Virus record (IMG/VR): IMGVR_UViG_3300048881_000698
Coordinates: 1-64,000 of that record
Direction: 5' to 3' (one strand)
Source: a virus
Lineage: Duplodnaviria; Caudoviricetes
Length of the DNA stretch: 64,000 nt
This document shows, in pieces, positions 7,553 to 16,704 of the stretch. Below the pieces are notes generated by a model. It searched no databases. It saw only the letters and a program-made list of their open reading frames with translations, and was not told where the DNA came from. Position 1 is the stretch's first letter, and every line of letters starts with the position of its first letter. Position numbers and translations under genes: made by a program.

Positions 7553-7733
7553 TTATGACCTCTGTGCATTCTAGAAGATAATCCTTTTGCCAGACACCCG
7601 CCTCTAAACTGATCTGTTTTGTTTCTTCGTCGGTCCATTGAACAAAGACTCTGACAGCATAATCATATATCGTTTCAGTCACAAGACCAACGCAGCCTGT
7701 CTCTTTGAATCTTAGTAAATCACCGACTTTCAC
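7539..7733 (-). CDS. KOW/SH3-like minigene
   Basis: Start reassigned to the junction GTG; ends EVINESR. Confidence 0.75.
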   Translation of the reverse strand: MKVGDLLRFKETGCVGLVTETIYDYAVRVFVQWTDEETKQISLEAGVWQKDYLLECTEVINESR

Positions 7734-7914
7734 TGATGACCTCCAACTCCCAATGCCACTCGGGAAGCTCAATCACTCCCTTATTGGACAGAAGAGTATG
7801 ATGGATAAACTCTTCGCTCTCGTCATCGCTGCCAAGATATACACACAATCCAATATTTGTGCCTGGATCGATCATCCTACCAGGTATCGGGTTTACGAGA
7901 TCACCGATTTTCAC
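7720..7914 (-). CDS. KOW/SH3-like minigene
   Basis: MKIGDLV...LEVISESR. Confidence 0.75.
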   Translation of the reverse strand: MKIGDLVNPIPGRMIDPGTNIGLCVYLGSDDESEEFIHHTLLSNKGVIELPEWHWELEVISESR

Positions 7915-8077
7915 TTATCACCTCCAACTGGCTACAGGGAAGAGAAGTAGGTTCGCCATCCCAGAAAACATCGGCGCGCCTGAGATCGGCATGAATACTA
8001 TTGTCTGTAATCCTCAAGAATATCCCAACTTCATCACCAGTGAGCCATTTGATCTTTACCAAATCGCCGCGCTTCAT
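7901..8077 (-). CDS. KOW/SH3-like minigene
   Basis: MKRGDLV...LEVISENR. Confidence 0.75.
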   Translation of the reverse strand: MKRGDLVKIKWLTGDEVGIFLRITDNSIHADLRRADVFWDGEPTSLPCSQLEVISENR

Positions 8078-8295
8078 GCTATCACCTCGAAGTGTCCCTG
8101 AGTGTAGTTGCCACACCACACGCTTTCGCCCTCATGGGAAAGCATAACGTCAATGTAGTTGCTCAGGTGTTTATTCCACACGTCGGCGCGTACGGCGACG
8201 ACGATACCCACACAACCGGCAGGATATGGACCGCCATCGACGGCGGGGTTATCCCAGACTGCTCGTGTGTTTGTTACCAAATCACCGACTTTCAC
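8074..8295 (-). CDS. KOW/SH3-like minigene
   Basis: MKVGDLV...FEVIA. Confidence 0.75.
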   Translation of the reverse strand: MKVGDLVTNTRAVWDNPAVDGGPYPAGCVGIVVAVRADVWNKHLSNYIDVMLSHEGESVWCGNYTQGHFEVIA

Positions 8296-8455
8296 TTATG
8301 ACCTCCACCCACGGATTGTTTTCGAGCTTGACCAGCATGTGCCAACCCGACTTGCTTAAACTCAAGACGCTCAACATCGTCTCTCCTTTGCTGTCCTTCT
8401 CCGTACCCAGCACGACGTATAGATCGCCCAGACACTTTACCAAACTCCCAACCAT
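8282..8455 (-). CDS. KOW/SH3-like minigene (below the track cutoff)
   Basis: My translation MVGSLVKCLGDLYVVLG...VEVISESR. Confidence 0.7.
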   Translation of the reverse strand: MVGSLVKCLGDLYVVLGTEKDSKGETMLSVLSLSKSGWHMLVKLENNPWVEVISESR

Positions 8456-8486
8456 TTCTTCTCTTCTCTTTTACGATTCTATATTA

Positions 8487-8515
8487 ATAATATCAAATAA
8501 TCGCCCATTTGTCAA
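8487..8515 (-). promoter_or_regulatory. sigma70-type promoter inside array 1
   Basis: TTGACA-17-TATTAT. Confidence 0.7.
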
Positions 8516-8750
8516 GTTCTTTTTCAGTCTCGACAACTGCGCGTATTTGTTGAACATTTTCGATTGTCGCGGGGATTACATTCTCTTTGATGGTAGCTAA
8601 CATCGGAGAATCACTACAGATATTGCTCCAGCTAATAAAATAATAGTATGGATTCTCGTCTAGTATGATGCCCAGACCGTATTCTTCGCCTATTGAGGGC
8701 AACCCTGATCCTGGTTTCCAGACGTAAACTACCAAATCACCGACTTTCAC
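8493..8750 (-). CDS. KOW/SH3-like minigene
   Basis: MKVGDLVVY. Confidence 0.75.
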   Translation of the reverse strand: MKVGDLVVYVWKPGSGLPSIGEEYGLGIILDENPYYYFISWSNICSDSPMLATIKENVIPATIENVQQIRAVVETEKELDKWAII

Positions 8751-8949
8751 TGATCACCTCTAAATCTCGTTCAAGAAAGCGTCGTTCTTTGCCAGCCCAT
8801 TTTGTGCAAACCAACCGAACAATATGGTATTTTATAATATCGTGCTGGTCCGAGGGGTCTGTGTGCACCGTGTCAGTGATCAGGGCAATCGTGCCTGACG
8901 GTACGCCAATAGAGCGACGTGTAATCTCTACCAAGTCACCTGCTTTCAC
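8737..8949 (-). CDS. KOW/SH3-like minigene
   Basis: MKAGDLV...LEVISESR. Confidence 0.75.
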   Translation of the reverse strand: MKAGDLVEITRRSIGVPSGTIALITDTVHTDPSDQHDIIKYHIVRLVCTKWAGKERRFLERDLEVISESR

Positions 8950-9106
8950 TGATTACCTCCAACGTAGTGTGCGGCCATATTATAAGCTCTCCGTCCAAGT
9001 GAGCAACTAAGACTCCTGATTTGGATGGGGCAGCATCGAGCACAATACCGAGCGGGAGAATCTCTAGTCTTGTCCCGATATGCTTTACTAAATCTCCTAC
9101 TTTCAC
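8936..9106 (-). CDS. KOW/SH3-like minigene (below the track cutoff)
   Basis: My translation MKVGDLVKHIGTRLE...LEVISESR. Confidence 0.7.
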   Translation of the reverse strand: MKVGDLVKHIGTRLEILPLGIVLDAAPSKSGVLVAHLDGELIIWPHTTLEVISESR

Positions 9107-9447
9107 CATTCTATTTTTTCCCTTCTAGTATCTAAGTCATAAAAAAAGCGTCCCACAGAATAAAGTTGCTCTCCAATGAAATAAGATGCACGATGTCGCC
9201 AACTCCACTCATCTCCATAAGGAAGTTCAACAGCGTCGAACCAACGAAACGAAAGTGCACAGAAGATATAACCTAGCAACGCCATTGCTTTGTCCTTGAC
9301 CAGCTTAAAGATATTTATCAAATCTACTAATGATCTTTTGTTCTTGTTTCTCTTCGCGCACTTCTTCTTTGAGGAAAAGCAAGTTTGCCCAGGAAGTTAA
9401 CAATGAACCGGCGAACGCGCCGAGCGCAAATATGAACATGTAGTCTG

Positions 9448-9582
9448 CTATTTCCACTTGTACCCCCTACAGGCGCGCCTAGAGTCTTGTTTCCTCTTGT
9501 CGCCATGATTGCCCGCACCTTTGCGGAAGTGAGCATGAATGGCAAGCCAGTTACGCAGCTTGATCTTTTTCTTTTTATTCAT
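9448..9582 (-). CDS. 44-aa highly basic peptide, leaderless
   Basis: MNKKKKIKLRNWLAIHAHFRKGAGNHGDKRKQDSRRACRGYKWK; ATG 6 nt after the -10 box. Confidence 0.7.
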   Translation of the reverse strand: MNKKKKIKLRNWLAIHAHFRKGAGNHGDKRKQDSRRACRGYKWK

Positions 9583-9588
9583 GCCCCT

Positions 9589-9617
9589 ATTATATCAAAT
9601 ATTTAAATCGTTGTCAA
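9589..9617 (-). promoter_or_regulatory. sigma70-type early promoter
   Basis: TTGACA-17-TATAAT, ATTTAAAT spacer. Confidence 0.9.
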
Positions 9618-9811
9618 GTTTTTTTGTAATCGACAGGCAAGGTGTGAGTGCGCCAATAGCCCGTTCAGCTTTTTCACGGACTGTCCGTAAATCAAACGCC
9701 TCTGCGACCTTTCCCCAGCCTTCGTAGTCCTTTTCGCGCTTCTCACAATAAGCCCTGATTTCCTCTAACGCTGCTAGCGCGTCATTAAAAGGTGATGCCG
9801 CCATAATATAC

Positions 9812-10021
9812 CTACTCAAATATACCGGCGTATGCAGACTGACATGTAGGATCATCGCTGATCTTAGGATTACCTGGCTTCTGGTTCAGCGCGCTATAGG
9901 CTTCGCCATCTTCAAGGTAAAACTCATGTTTCACCTTGCCGCGCCTATCAACACTCACGCAGATATAAACTCCCTCCATTGTATCAGCTTCTAACAACAC
10001 GCTATAACATTCATCATTCAT
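9812..10021 (-). CDS. hypothetical protein
   Basis: 69 aa, GAGG SD. Confidence 0.6.
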   Translation of the reverse strand: MNDECYSVLLEADTMEGVYICVSVDRRGKVKHEFYLEDGEAYSALNQKPGNPKISDDPTCQSAYAGIFE

Positions 10022-10033
10022 CTTTAACCTCTC

Positions 10034-11245
10034 TTATTGTTCTGGGATTGCGATTACTCGCTCGTTGGTTTGGAAGTAAGGGTGCTTCGCATAGTATTCC
10101 GTTGTCAACCACATTCTTTGACACTTGCTGGGCTTAGGTTTCGGAGCACACAAATCAGTAAGAAGAATATGACCATCAAAACCATTCGTATTAACGTAGT
10201 CCGTTGGAGGATTAAAGTCTGTTCCTCCATAACGCACACGCTCCCATATTCGCTTTTCTCCTTTCTTCCAAACAAAAACCTTATTCTCGGCGACCGTACA
10301 GTCAAACGGGATCACCGTGAACTCTGCAAGTTCTGAGAGTTTGTTCAACTCAGAAAAGAACTGTGCGAGCATATCATCGCTAACTGAACCAGACTGATCA
10401 ATGCTGATAGCGATCTTGGCTTGCCTGCTGGTTTTACGACCAGGATGAATATATGGATAACGACGATTAATGCGCTTGATCGAAGTAGACTTGTTAGCCT
10501 TTTGTGAGGTTTTGACGAAGTATCGCAAAACCTTTTTCCAATCAACCATGCTAGAAAGACGCTTCATGATGTCCTTCCGTATATCACTTGGAACAGAACC
10601 CCAGTTGTTGCCCCGTGAACATTCGTCGGTTGCCTTGCGGAGAGTTTCTTTGAGTCTTTCCTTCGCGATCTCCCTAGTGACGTTATCAACGTCGCCCCAG
10701 TGTTCGTGTGAGTCAAACTGTCCGTTGTCGCCCAACGAATCGCCCTCTCCTTCCCCTTGACCCTTTCCTTTACCTTCTCCCTCGCCTTCCTCGCCTTCGG
10801 TCTTATCCTCGCCTTTCTCTTTATCCTTCTTTAGCTTTGACATGTACCATTCTGCTGTTTGGCCGGAAGGATAGTTTGCGAACGGACCCTGACCGGGTTT
10901 AAGACACCCCTCTGGGAGATCGCTTAGATGGGAGTTAATAGCTAAGTCCGTTGCGAAGTTCCAAAGGCGAGGATTCTCACCGTCCGGCCTGCGACCTGTA
11001 AGATGCTCAAAGATAATATGATAAAGCTCATGCTTGATAATATCGCGACGGTTTTTATCCGTCAGATTCTCAAAGAAGTCAGGGTTATATAACATCTCGA
11101 ACTGTGCCGTATGAGGGTTAACCATGACAGCCGCAGTCGGGATAGCTTTTGATTCTCGTTTATCCACCCTACGACTTAAAGCCGCAAAGAATGGCTCATT
11201 AAGCAACAGTCTAGCGACATGCGTATTAAGGTCAAACGCTTTCAT
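10034..11245 (-). CDS. DUF2201-type metallopeptidase-like plus vWA domain protein
   Basis: HELYH zincin motif, WNFATDLAIN, MIDAS DQSGS, GGTDF, LLTD. Confidence 0.9.
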   Translation of the reverse strand: MKAFDLNTHVARLLLNEPFFAALSRRVDKRESKAIPTAAVMVNPHTAQFEMLYNPDFFENLTDKNRRDIIKHELYHIIFEHLTGRRPDGENPRLWNFATDLAINSHLSDLPEGCLKPGQGPFANYPSGQTAEWYMSKLKKDKEKGEDKTEGEEGEGEGKGKGQGEGEGDSLGDNGQFDSHEHWGDVDNVTREIAKERLKETLRKATDECSRGNNWGSVPSDIRKDIMKRLSSMVDWKKVLRYFVKTSQKANKSTSIKRINRRYPYIHPGRKTSRQAKIAISIDQSGSVSDDMLAQFFSELNKLSELAEFTVIPFDCTVAENKVFVWKKGEKRIWERVRYGGTDFNPPTDYVNTNGFDGHILLTDLCAPKPKPSKCQRMWLTTEYYAKHPYFQTNERVIAIPEQ

Positions 11246-11301
11246 CTCTCATCCTTTTTTAAATACACCCTATTGTAACATAAATATCGTTGTGTGTCAA
11301 C

Positions 11302-11472
11302 TTATTTATTTAAAAGTTCTACAACTCTTTCTTGAAGCTCTGCAACTGCTTGTTTTAGCTGGTGAAGTTCATCAACAAGTATAGACACTCTATTTGCGCG
11401 TTGTTCTACGCGAGCGAGCGTAGTCGTGTTTGCTTTGACTTGTTCATACAAGTCAGATTCTTTGTTAGCCAT
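11302..11472 (-). CDS. small coiled-coil protein
   Basis: MANKESDLYEQ..., AAGGAG SD. Confidence 0.6.
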   Translation of the reverse strand: MANKESDLYEQVKANTTTLARVEQRANRVSILVDELHQLKQAVAELQERVVELLNK

Positions 11473-11482
11473 TGTTTTCTCC

Positions 11483-12553
11483 TTATTTATCGTCATCGCT
11501 GGCTTTCAGCATTTCTACCATTCTATTCGCAACGGATACCCCGTCAACTTTGGACTGATGAAGTCGAATAGTATTAGTGATATTGTTATCGGCAGCGCCC
11601 ATAACAGTCCACAACTTCATAGCCACTTCAGAGGGCAGAGTCATAAAATACTTAGCAAGATTTTGGACCTGCTCCTCTGGAAGTTCCTCCTTAAAGGATT
11701 CGACAGCTTCCAACTTTTCTACCAGCGCAGTGTGGTCGTTGATAGAGAAGTCTTTCGTCTTATCGATCTCGCCTTTGACAAGAATATCTTCGACTGTGAC
11801 CTGTCGGTCATAGTTCTGAATAAAATCATTGAACGAAACCGCAGCTTCAAAGCCTACAAAGGCAGACGCCAGGTTGTAGAGAATGGGCGAAGCGCCCTGC
11901 TCATACAACTTAGCTGACGCAAGACATTCATCGAGTCGCTCCCATGAACGGCGAGAAGGATAAACCTTATTAGGTTCAAAGTCCGTAGCGTGCTCAAGGT
12001 GATTGCGATTCTGATTAATAAAATCCCATACAACAGAATCAAGGCGTTCTTTCGCCCAATCAAGCCAGTCCTCAACAGTCGGTTCTACATCAAAGACGGT
12101 CCACCGATCAAGTTCGGCAGGATCCATTTCTCCAACCTGATACTGCTGCCCGTGCTCGCCACCGTTGATAGCGGCAAAGATAAGAGTACCAGGGTGAAGT
12201 CTATGACCGTTCAGCTTACGAGAGTCAGTAAGCTCGAAGATACCTTGACGGACCTCGATTGTAGCGCGGTCTACTTCGTCGAGGAACAAGATCACAGGCT
12301 CATCACAAGCCGTCTTGAACCAGTCAGGGGGGCAGAACGAGGTGACATCGCCGTCAGTCTTTGGCAATCCAACAAGGTCGCCTTCAGTCATCTGACTAGC
12401 CCGACGCTCCACAACAGGGAGTCCGATACCTTCTGCAACCTGATAGACCACCTGTGATTTCCCAACCCCATGACGACCACGGAGAAGAACAGGCTTAGTA
12501 ATGTCAGTCACAAAAGGTACTACTTCAAGAAATGTTTTAAAATCTACTGCCAT
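11483..12553 (-). CDS. MoxR-like AAA+ ATPase
   Basis: Walker A GRHGVGKS, Walker B LFLDE, sensor AAIN, MDPAELDRW, PSRRSW; adjacent to the vWA partner. Confidence 0.9.
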   Translation of the reverse strand: MAVDFKTFLEVVPFVTDITKPVLLRGRHGVGKSQVVYQVAEGIGLPVVERRASQMTEGDLVGLPKTDGDVTSFCPPDWFKTACDEPVILFLDEVDRATIEVRQGIFELTDSRKLNGHRLHPGTLIFAAINGGEHGQQYQVGEMDPAELDRWTVFDVEPTVEDWLDWAKERLDSVVWDFINQNRNHLEHATDFEPNKVYPSRRSWERLDECLASAKLYEQGASPILYNLASAFVGFEAAVSFNDFIQNYDRQVTVEDILVKGEIDKTKDFSINDHTALVEKLEAVESFKEELPEEQVQNLAKYFMTLPSEVAMKLWTVMGAADNNITNTIRLHQSKVDGVSVANRMVEMLKASDDDK

Positions 12554-12597
12554 TGTTCTTCCTCGGCTTCAGGGGGTTTTTCGATTATTGTGTTACC

Positions 12598-12626
12598 AGT
12601 ATAACAAATATTTAAATAAATGTCAA
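12598..12626 (-). promoter_or_regulatory. sigma70-type early promoter
   Basis: TTGACA-17-TATACT, ATTTAAAT spacer. Confidence 0.85.
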
Positions 12627-12657
12627 GTATTTTATTTTTCTTCAATGATTTCAAGAG

Positions 12658-13329
12658 CTAACTTACAAAACACGCTTTCACACAATCAATGTCTTTCAGC
12701 CAACCTTTCGGCGGAGTTACCTTGTTTTTAAGGGGCGAAACCAACGTAGTCTTGTAGTAACCCTTCTCATTACGATAATACTTTTCATGGAGTGGAATAT
12801 CAAAGGCAAAGTGGCCTCGTCCAAGGTCAGTAAGTGGCGCGCACATTAGTTCTCGTCCACCACGATTATGGAGTCTGTAGCCAGTAGCTCCATCATCTAC
12901 AAGAAAAATCCGATCCCATTCTATCCCGGTGATGAAATATACTTGTTCTGTTCCATAACGCTCGCATCTAACTAGAGCGCCGGGAGCGATCCCCATCTTG
13001 TTGAAATACTTTACCACCTTTTTACGGTGCGCTATATTTTCTTTGTGAAGCGTTGTAACTGCACTCTTTTTGAGTTCACATGTACGCTTGTTATGGTTGT
13101 AGGACTCTTCCATTTTGTCGTCATCATTATATAGATCGACATAGGCTTGACAGAAAGAACACTGACGCTTAACCTTTTGCTTTTTATTGTTGTAGGTGCG
13201 TACTGTCCAGTTCTCTTCCTCACCATCTGCAATGAGCCTTTCTGCTTCTTCTTTGTGTTTGGGGCAGGTACGATTGTTATGTCCTTTTTCATAGCAATAC
13301 GAGCATCTAACTGTTCCGTTCCACGACAT
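12658..13329 (-). CDS. double zinc-knuckle protein
   Basis: CSYCYEKGHNNRTC and CSFC...HNKRTC. Confidence 0.8.
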   Translation of the reverse strand: MSWNGTVRCSYCYEKGHNNRTCPKHKEEAERLIADGEEENWTVRTYNNKKQKVKRQCSFCQAYVDLYNDDDKMEESYNHNKRTCELKKSAVTTLHKENIAHRKKVVKYFNKMGIAPGALVRCERYGTEQVYFITGIEWDRIFLVDDGATGYRLHNRGGRELMCAPLTDLGRGHFAFDIPLHEKYYRNEKGYYKTTLVSPLKNKVTPPKGWLKDIDCVKACFVS

Positions 13330-13362
13330 TTAATTTTTCCTCTTTTTCAAGTTTCTGTTTCC

Positions 13363-13391
13363 AGTGTAACAAATATTTAAATCGTTGTCAA
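13363..13391 (-). promoter_or_regulatory. sigma70-type early promoter
   Basis: TTGACA-17-TACACT, ATTTAAAT spacer. Confidence 0.8.
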
Positions 13392-13406
13392 CCATTTTAT
13401 TTTTCT

Positions 13407-13700
13407 TTAACGATCTTCAGCACTTACGTCGCTTTCATCCCGTGCTATTCCCAGCAAGGCGTAGCCACATATATCTCTCCAGGGGCTTTCTCCAAAAGCG
13501 TTCTTCTTTGTAGCCAGTCTGAACAGTTTATCAATAACTCGTGTGATTGCTAGTAAATCACCGTACTGCTCTGGTTTCACACCGTTGGGGAATAAAACTT
13601 CTATTATCTTACAGGACTCCCCGAAAGAGTTGCCATAGGCTTCATTCTTTTCCTGTACGAGTTTTCCTATTTCTAAACCTATTTCTTCATATTTTTTCAC
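13407..13700 (-). CDS. DUF1599 / nucleotide-modification-associated domain-like protein
   Basis: KNEAYGNSF...DKLFR...DICGYALL motif pattern. Confidence 0.65.
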   Translation of the reverse strand: MKKYEEIGLEIGKLVQEKNEAYGNSFGESCKIIEVLFPNGVKPEQYGDLLAITRVIDKLFRLATKKNAFGESPWRDICGYALLGIARDESDVSAEDR

Positions 13701-13893
13701 TTATCACCACCGTTTCAGATTTATCACAAACCCATGAATATTCACCGTCACTCCACATAGTCCAATACCTATTGTTTCCCACGTTCAGACCAGCAGCGTA
13801 GGCAGGTTCGAGAGGTTCAATATCGCAAACAAGCCCGATACTGAAAACATCACAGAGAGGCTCATAAAGTTTTATTAAATCACCGACTTTCAC
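13687..13893 (-). CDS. KOW/SH3-like minigene
   Basis: Junction GTG start, MKVGDLIKL. Confidence 0.75.
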   Translation of the reverse strand: MKVGDLIKLYEPLCDVFSIGLVCDIEPLEPAYAAGLNVGNNRYWTMWSDGEYSWVCDKSETVVISEKI

Positions 13894-14170
13894 TGACCAC
13901 CTCCAATGCTCCACTCAATTCCCACGTAGGTTCAGCACTCCCGTTCCACAGGACGTGAGTGTCTCCCCACTCCACAGAATAATCAACAGTGTCGGCTGTC
14001 GCGACCACCAACCCAAACTTGCCAGTTCCTTTATCCCATTCCGTCGCTTCGACCAGATCACCGGGATGAACTTTGTCGTAGTAGGACATTTTAGACCAGT
14101 TTGTCTCCTGGCGTCTTTTCTGATATTCGCGCCATTTACTCCGCGACCTCTTGAGTGCTTCACTAGCCAT
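13880..14170 (-). CDS. KOW/SH3-like protein (HPGDLV...LEVVSESR)
   Basis: Track ORF; start uncertain. Confidence 0.7.
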   Translation of the reverse strand: MASEALKRSRSKWREYQKRRQETNWSKMSYYDKVHPGDLVEATEWDKGTGKFGLVVATADTVDYSVEWGDTHVLWNGSAEPTWELSGALEVVSESR

Positions 14171-14339
14171 TTTTACTGATTAACCTCAAGTGCTTTTTAT
14201 TCGTTATGAACGGTCGCTCGCGAGGGTTCGATGCCCACGTAACAAATGCGTACATTGGGTTTGTTCTAATAACAATCCCGACTCCATAAGCCAGATGCCA
14301 ATCCTCCGCAGCATAAACTACCAAATCGCCTGCTTTCAA
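14163..14339 (-). CDS. KOW/SH3-like minigene (below the track cutoff)
   Basis: My translation MKAGDLVVYAAEDW...LRLISKNG. Confidence 0.65.
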   Translation of the reverse strand: MKAGDLVVYAAEDWHLAYGVGIVIRTNPMYAFVTWASNPRERPFITNKKHLRLISKNG

Positions 14340-14728
14340 AACTGTATCTCTCTGCTGATCTGGATATCGTCATAACAGTGCTCGCCTCTGTCCACAATGT
14401 CCTCATAGTCCTCGCCTATACGAACAAAACGAAAGTGTTGGTAAGCATAGCCATGTTCTTCGTCTCGTTCAGTATCCCAACCTTCGAGGCTTTCGCTCTC
14501 ACATTCGCAAAGGAACTTCTCGATGGCATTGATTTCTTCGTATGAATCATACCATTTAATGCTGCTCCAGTTCATTAACATAGCACCGTTGTTGTAAGCA
14601 TCTTCGTCGAAATGATCCGTCTCCTTAAACACCAAGGAGGTCGCGTTCGGGGAGGAAGCGAGAGCCGCCAAAAAATAAGGCTGAAGTTCCTTGCTCACCG
14701 CTAGTACCACCTGTGAATGGTATCCCAT
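14336..14728 (-). CDS. conserved phage protein (MGYxS...KWY...FVRIGEDYED)
   Basis: 130-aa ORF after promoter at about 14760-14788. Confidence 0.8.
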   Translation of the reverse strand: MGYHSQVVLAVSKELQPYFLAALASSPNATSLVFKETDHFDEDAYNNGAMLMNWSSIKWYDSYEEINAIEKFLCECESESLEGWDTERDEEHGYAYQHFRFVRIGEDYEDIVDRGEHCYDDIQISREIQF

Positions 14729-15023
14729 GTTTTCTTTCCATTTTTAAGTTTGTATATGTAGTGTATCAAATATTTTAATGATTGTCAAGAAAAAAGATCT
14801 TCGTCCTCAAAAATATCTTCGCTCTCGTCGTCCGAGCTAGTACCAGCCCAGTAAGCCTCTCGGATGGCATCTTCGATGTCAGACCAGCTAGGGGGCCATT
14901 TCCCGACACGGGTAATATGGTCGTTAAACAGCATTTTAATCTTTTTTTCATCTTTGTTCATTTTTCTATACTATCAAAAATTTTAATGATTGTCAAGTAT
15001 TTTATTTTCTTCAATGATTTCAG

Positions 15024-15215
15024 CTACTTAACGAACTTAACTTCTCTGCACCGCATATAAGATGGTTTTGTCTCGCCGCTCCACAAAATTTCATAGCCCA
15101 TATTGCCCGGAATAGTTACCACCGTGTCAAGAACTATACCAACTTTATCTCTAAGTCTCTCACACCATTTTAACCTCGAGGCATATGCTGAGAGTTTTAC
15201 TAAATCACCTTTCAT
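15024..15215 (-). CDS. KOW/SH3-like minigene
   Basis: MKGDLVKLS. Confidence 0.7.
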   Translation of the reverse strand: MKGDLVKLSAYASRLKWCERLRDKVGIVLDTVVTIPGNMGYEILWSGETKPSYMRCREVKFVK

Positions 15216-15391
15216 TTGTTCAGTTTCTCCAAATCCTCGGGCATCATCAAAACTGATTCGTAGCCGCTTCCAAAAAAATGGACATCCAATAATGGACGTA
15301 TGAAATCTTCGTCTGGCTCATTTATGACAATCCCCATCTGACCGTATCCAGACCCAGAAACCTTACTTTTTACTAGATCACCGACTTTCAC
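15212..15391 (-). CDS. KOW/SH3-like minigene (below the track cutoff)
   Basis: Junction GTG at 15391; MKVGDLVKVRFLG. Confidence 0.65.
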   Translation of the reverse strand: MKVGDLVKSKVSGSGYGQMGIVINEPDEDFIRPLLDVHFFGSGYESVLMMPEDLEKLNK

Positions 15392-15587
15392 TTAGAACCT
15401 CCAGTTGATCTATCGTCTCCCAACTTGGGCCAACCTTGGACCATACGACGTGACAATAATCATATCTATCATCAGGGGGAAGCTCTATGATTACTCCGGT
15501 TCCCCACCCTTGCCATCCACCATAATTAGCAATCTCTTCACCGGACCAGCCATCGAAGTTCATTATAACTAAATCACCAACTTTCAT
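15378..15587 (-). CDS. KOW/SH3-like minigene
   Basis: MKVGDLV...LEVLSESR. Confidence 0.75.
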   Translation of the reverse strand: MKVGDLVIMNFDGWSGEEIANYGGWQGWGTGVIIELPPDDRYDYCHVVWSKVGPSWETIDQLEVLSESR

Positions 15588-15762
15588 TCAAAACCTCAAT
15601 GTCCTCCATATGATATGCGGCTGAATCACCCCTCGAAGGGAAAAAAACGATAGGATCATTTTCATGGTCAAATCCTACCACGATGCCGTTTCTCAAGGGT
15701 TCTTCATCGTGTGTCGCTCTGATCGGAAGGAGTGGGTAATGTACCAAATCACCGACTTTCAC
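15574..15762 (-). CDS. KOW/SH3-like minigene
   Basis: Junction start; GFDxxNDPIV shared with 18188-18358. Confidence 0.75.
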   Translation of the reverse strand: MKVGDLVHYPLLPIRATHDEEPLRNGIVVGFDHENDPIVFFPSRGDSAAYHMEDIEVLNESW

Positions 15763-16063
15763 TAGAACCTCTGTTTTTTCGTAGTTTCTCGGCAAATGGG
15801 ATAGCCAGCATTATCAGGGCGCAGCCAAGAACAATGCCGAAAGTCATTCCGTGCATCGACGGATCAACCATAGCGGCGATGCCGTCAGAAAACATATTGA
15901 AACTTGTAGCACCCACAACTGCTCCCAGGAGCGGATCTGATTTCTTGCCTAGCTTTTTAGCTACCCACCCTTCAATATCCACTCCGAGGTACATCCCAAC
16001 GAGGACAATACCATTATCAAGCAACCCAAACGTCGTACCATCTGGAATATAATCAAGCATCAC
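15749..16063 (-). CDS. small multi-pass membrane protein (cargo inside the array)
   Basis: Hydrophobic Gly-rich helices; C-terminus SSESR uses the array junction. Confidence 0.75.
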   Translation of the reverse strand: MMLDYIPDGTTFGLLDNGIVLVGMYLGVDIEGWVAKKLGKKSDPLLGAVVGATSFNMFSDGIAAMVDPSMHGMTFGIVLGCALIMLAIPFAEKLRKNRGSSESR

Positions 16064-16274
16064 TTACCACCTTTAAACTCCAAGCCCCCCACCAGCTAGA
16101 TGGGTGCCCCATTAGATCAAGGTCAGGGCGGCCCGTATTGAACCATTTGACATGACACTCATATCTTAGCTCTGAGTTGCAGGTTAACCCTGGGCGAATC
16201 GATTCTTTCATATTCAATATAATACCGTACCGATCCCTAAGAGTTCCTGCCTGCACTAAATCACCGACTTTCAT
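16053..16274 (-). CDS. KOW/SH3-like minigene
   Basis: MKVGDLVQ. Confidence 0.75.
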   Translation of the reverse strand: MKVGDLVQAGTLRDRYGIILNMKESIRPGLTCNSELRYECHVKWFNTGRPDLDLMGHPSSWWGAWSLKVVSDA

Positions 16275-16407
16275 TTATCACCCTAAGATACGACGCGGCG
16301 GCTTTCTCACCGTTGGTGAGTTGTGCATAACGTCCAAAACCCCACAACTCGAGTACAAGCGCAGTGTTGCCTGTCAGTTTGTTTGTTACTAAATCACCGA
16401 CTTTCAC
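16261..16407 (-). CDS. KOW/SH3-like minigene (48 aa)
   Basis: Junction-to-junction ORF ending RVINESR. Confidence 0.65.
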   Translation of the reverse strand: MKVGDLVTNKLTGNTALVLELWGFGRYAQLTNGEKAAASYLRVINESR

Positions 16408-16636
16408 TTATGACCTCCACATCGCCTTCCCTAACGTCCGGCGGCCAAAAAGCCCACTTGCCTACATCAAACGCGGTGAGCCAGCCAATCCCATGTATGT
16501 CATCTCCTAGCTTTTCCATGACCAGTCCAATGCGGTTGCTGTTGCTGCCACAAAAAAAACATTCGCATCGACGACCGGGTGGTTTGCCAGAAGCACTCAA
16601 ACACTCAGGGACTATCACTAAATCACCGACTTTCAC
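16394..16636 (-). CDS. KOW/SH3-like minigene with CxCxxC insert
   Basis: MKVGDLV...CECFFC...VEVISESR. Confidence 0.75.
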   Translation of the reverse strand: MKVGDLVIVPECLSASGKPPGRRCECFFCGSNSNRIGLVMEKLGDDIHGIGWLTAFDVGKWAFWPPDVREGDVEVISESR

Positions 16637-16704
16637 TTTCTATCTCATTTTAAATGTATGACCATTATAACACAATAAAAAATTGTTGTCAAGTTTAAAA
16701 AATC

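Larger units (their letters stand above)
6981..9106 (-). repeat. MKVGDLV minigene array 1: 11 KOW/SH3-like genes linked by the junction repeat GAGGTNATNA-GTGAAAGTCGGTGA-TTTRGT
   Basis: 14-nt start/stop overlaps at 7168, 7352, 7539, 7720, 7901, 8282, 8737 and 8936. Confidence 0.85.

Noticed and set aside
9327-9545. 72-aa minus-strand ORF
   Set aside because: It overlaps the better-supported promoter-linked peptide at 9448-9582 in another frame
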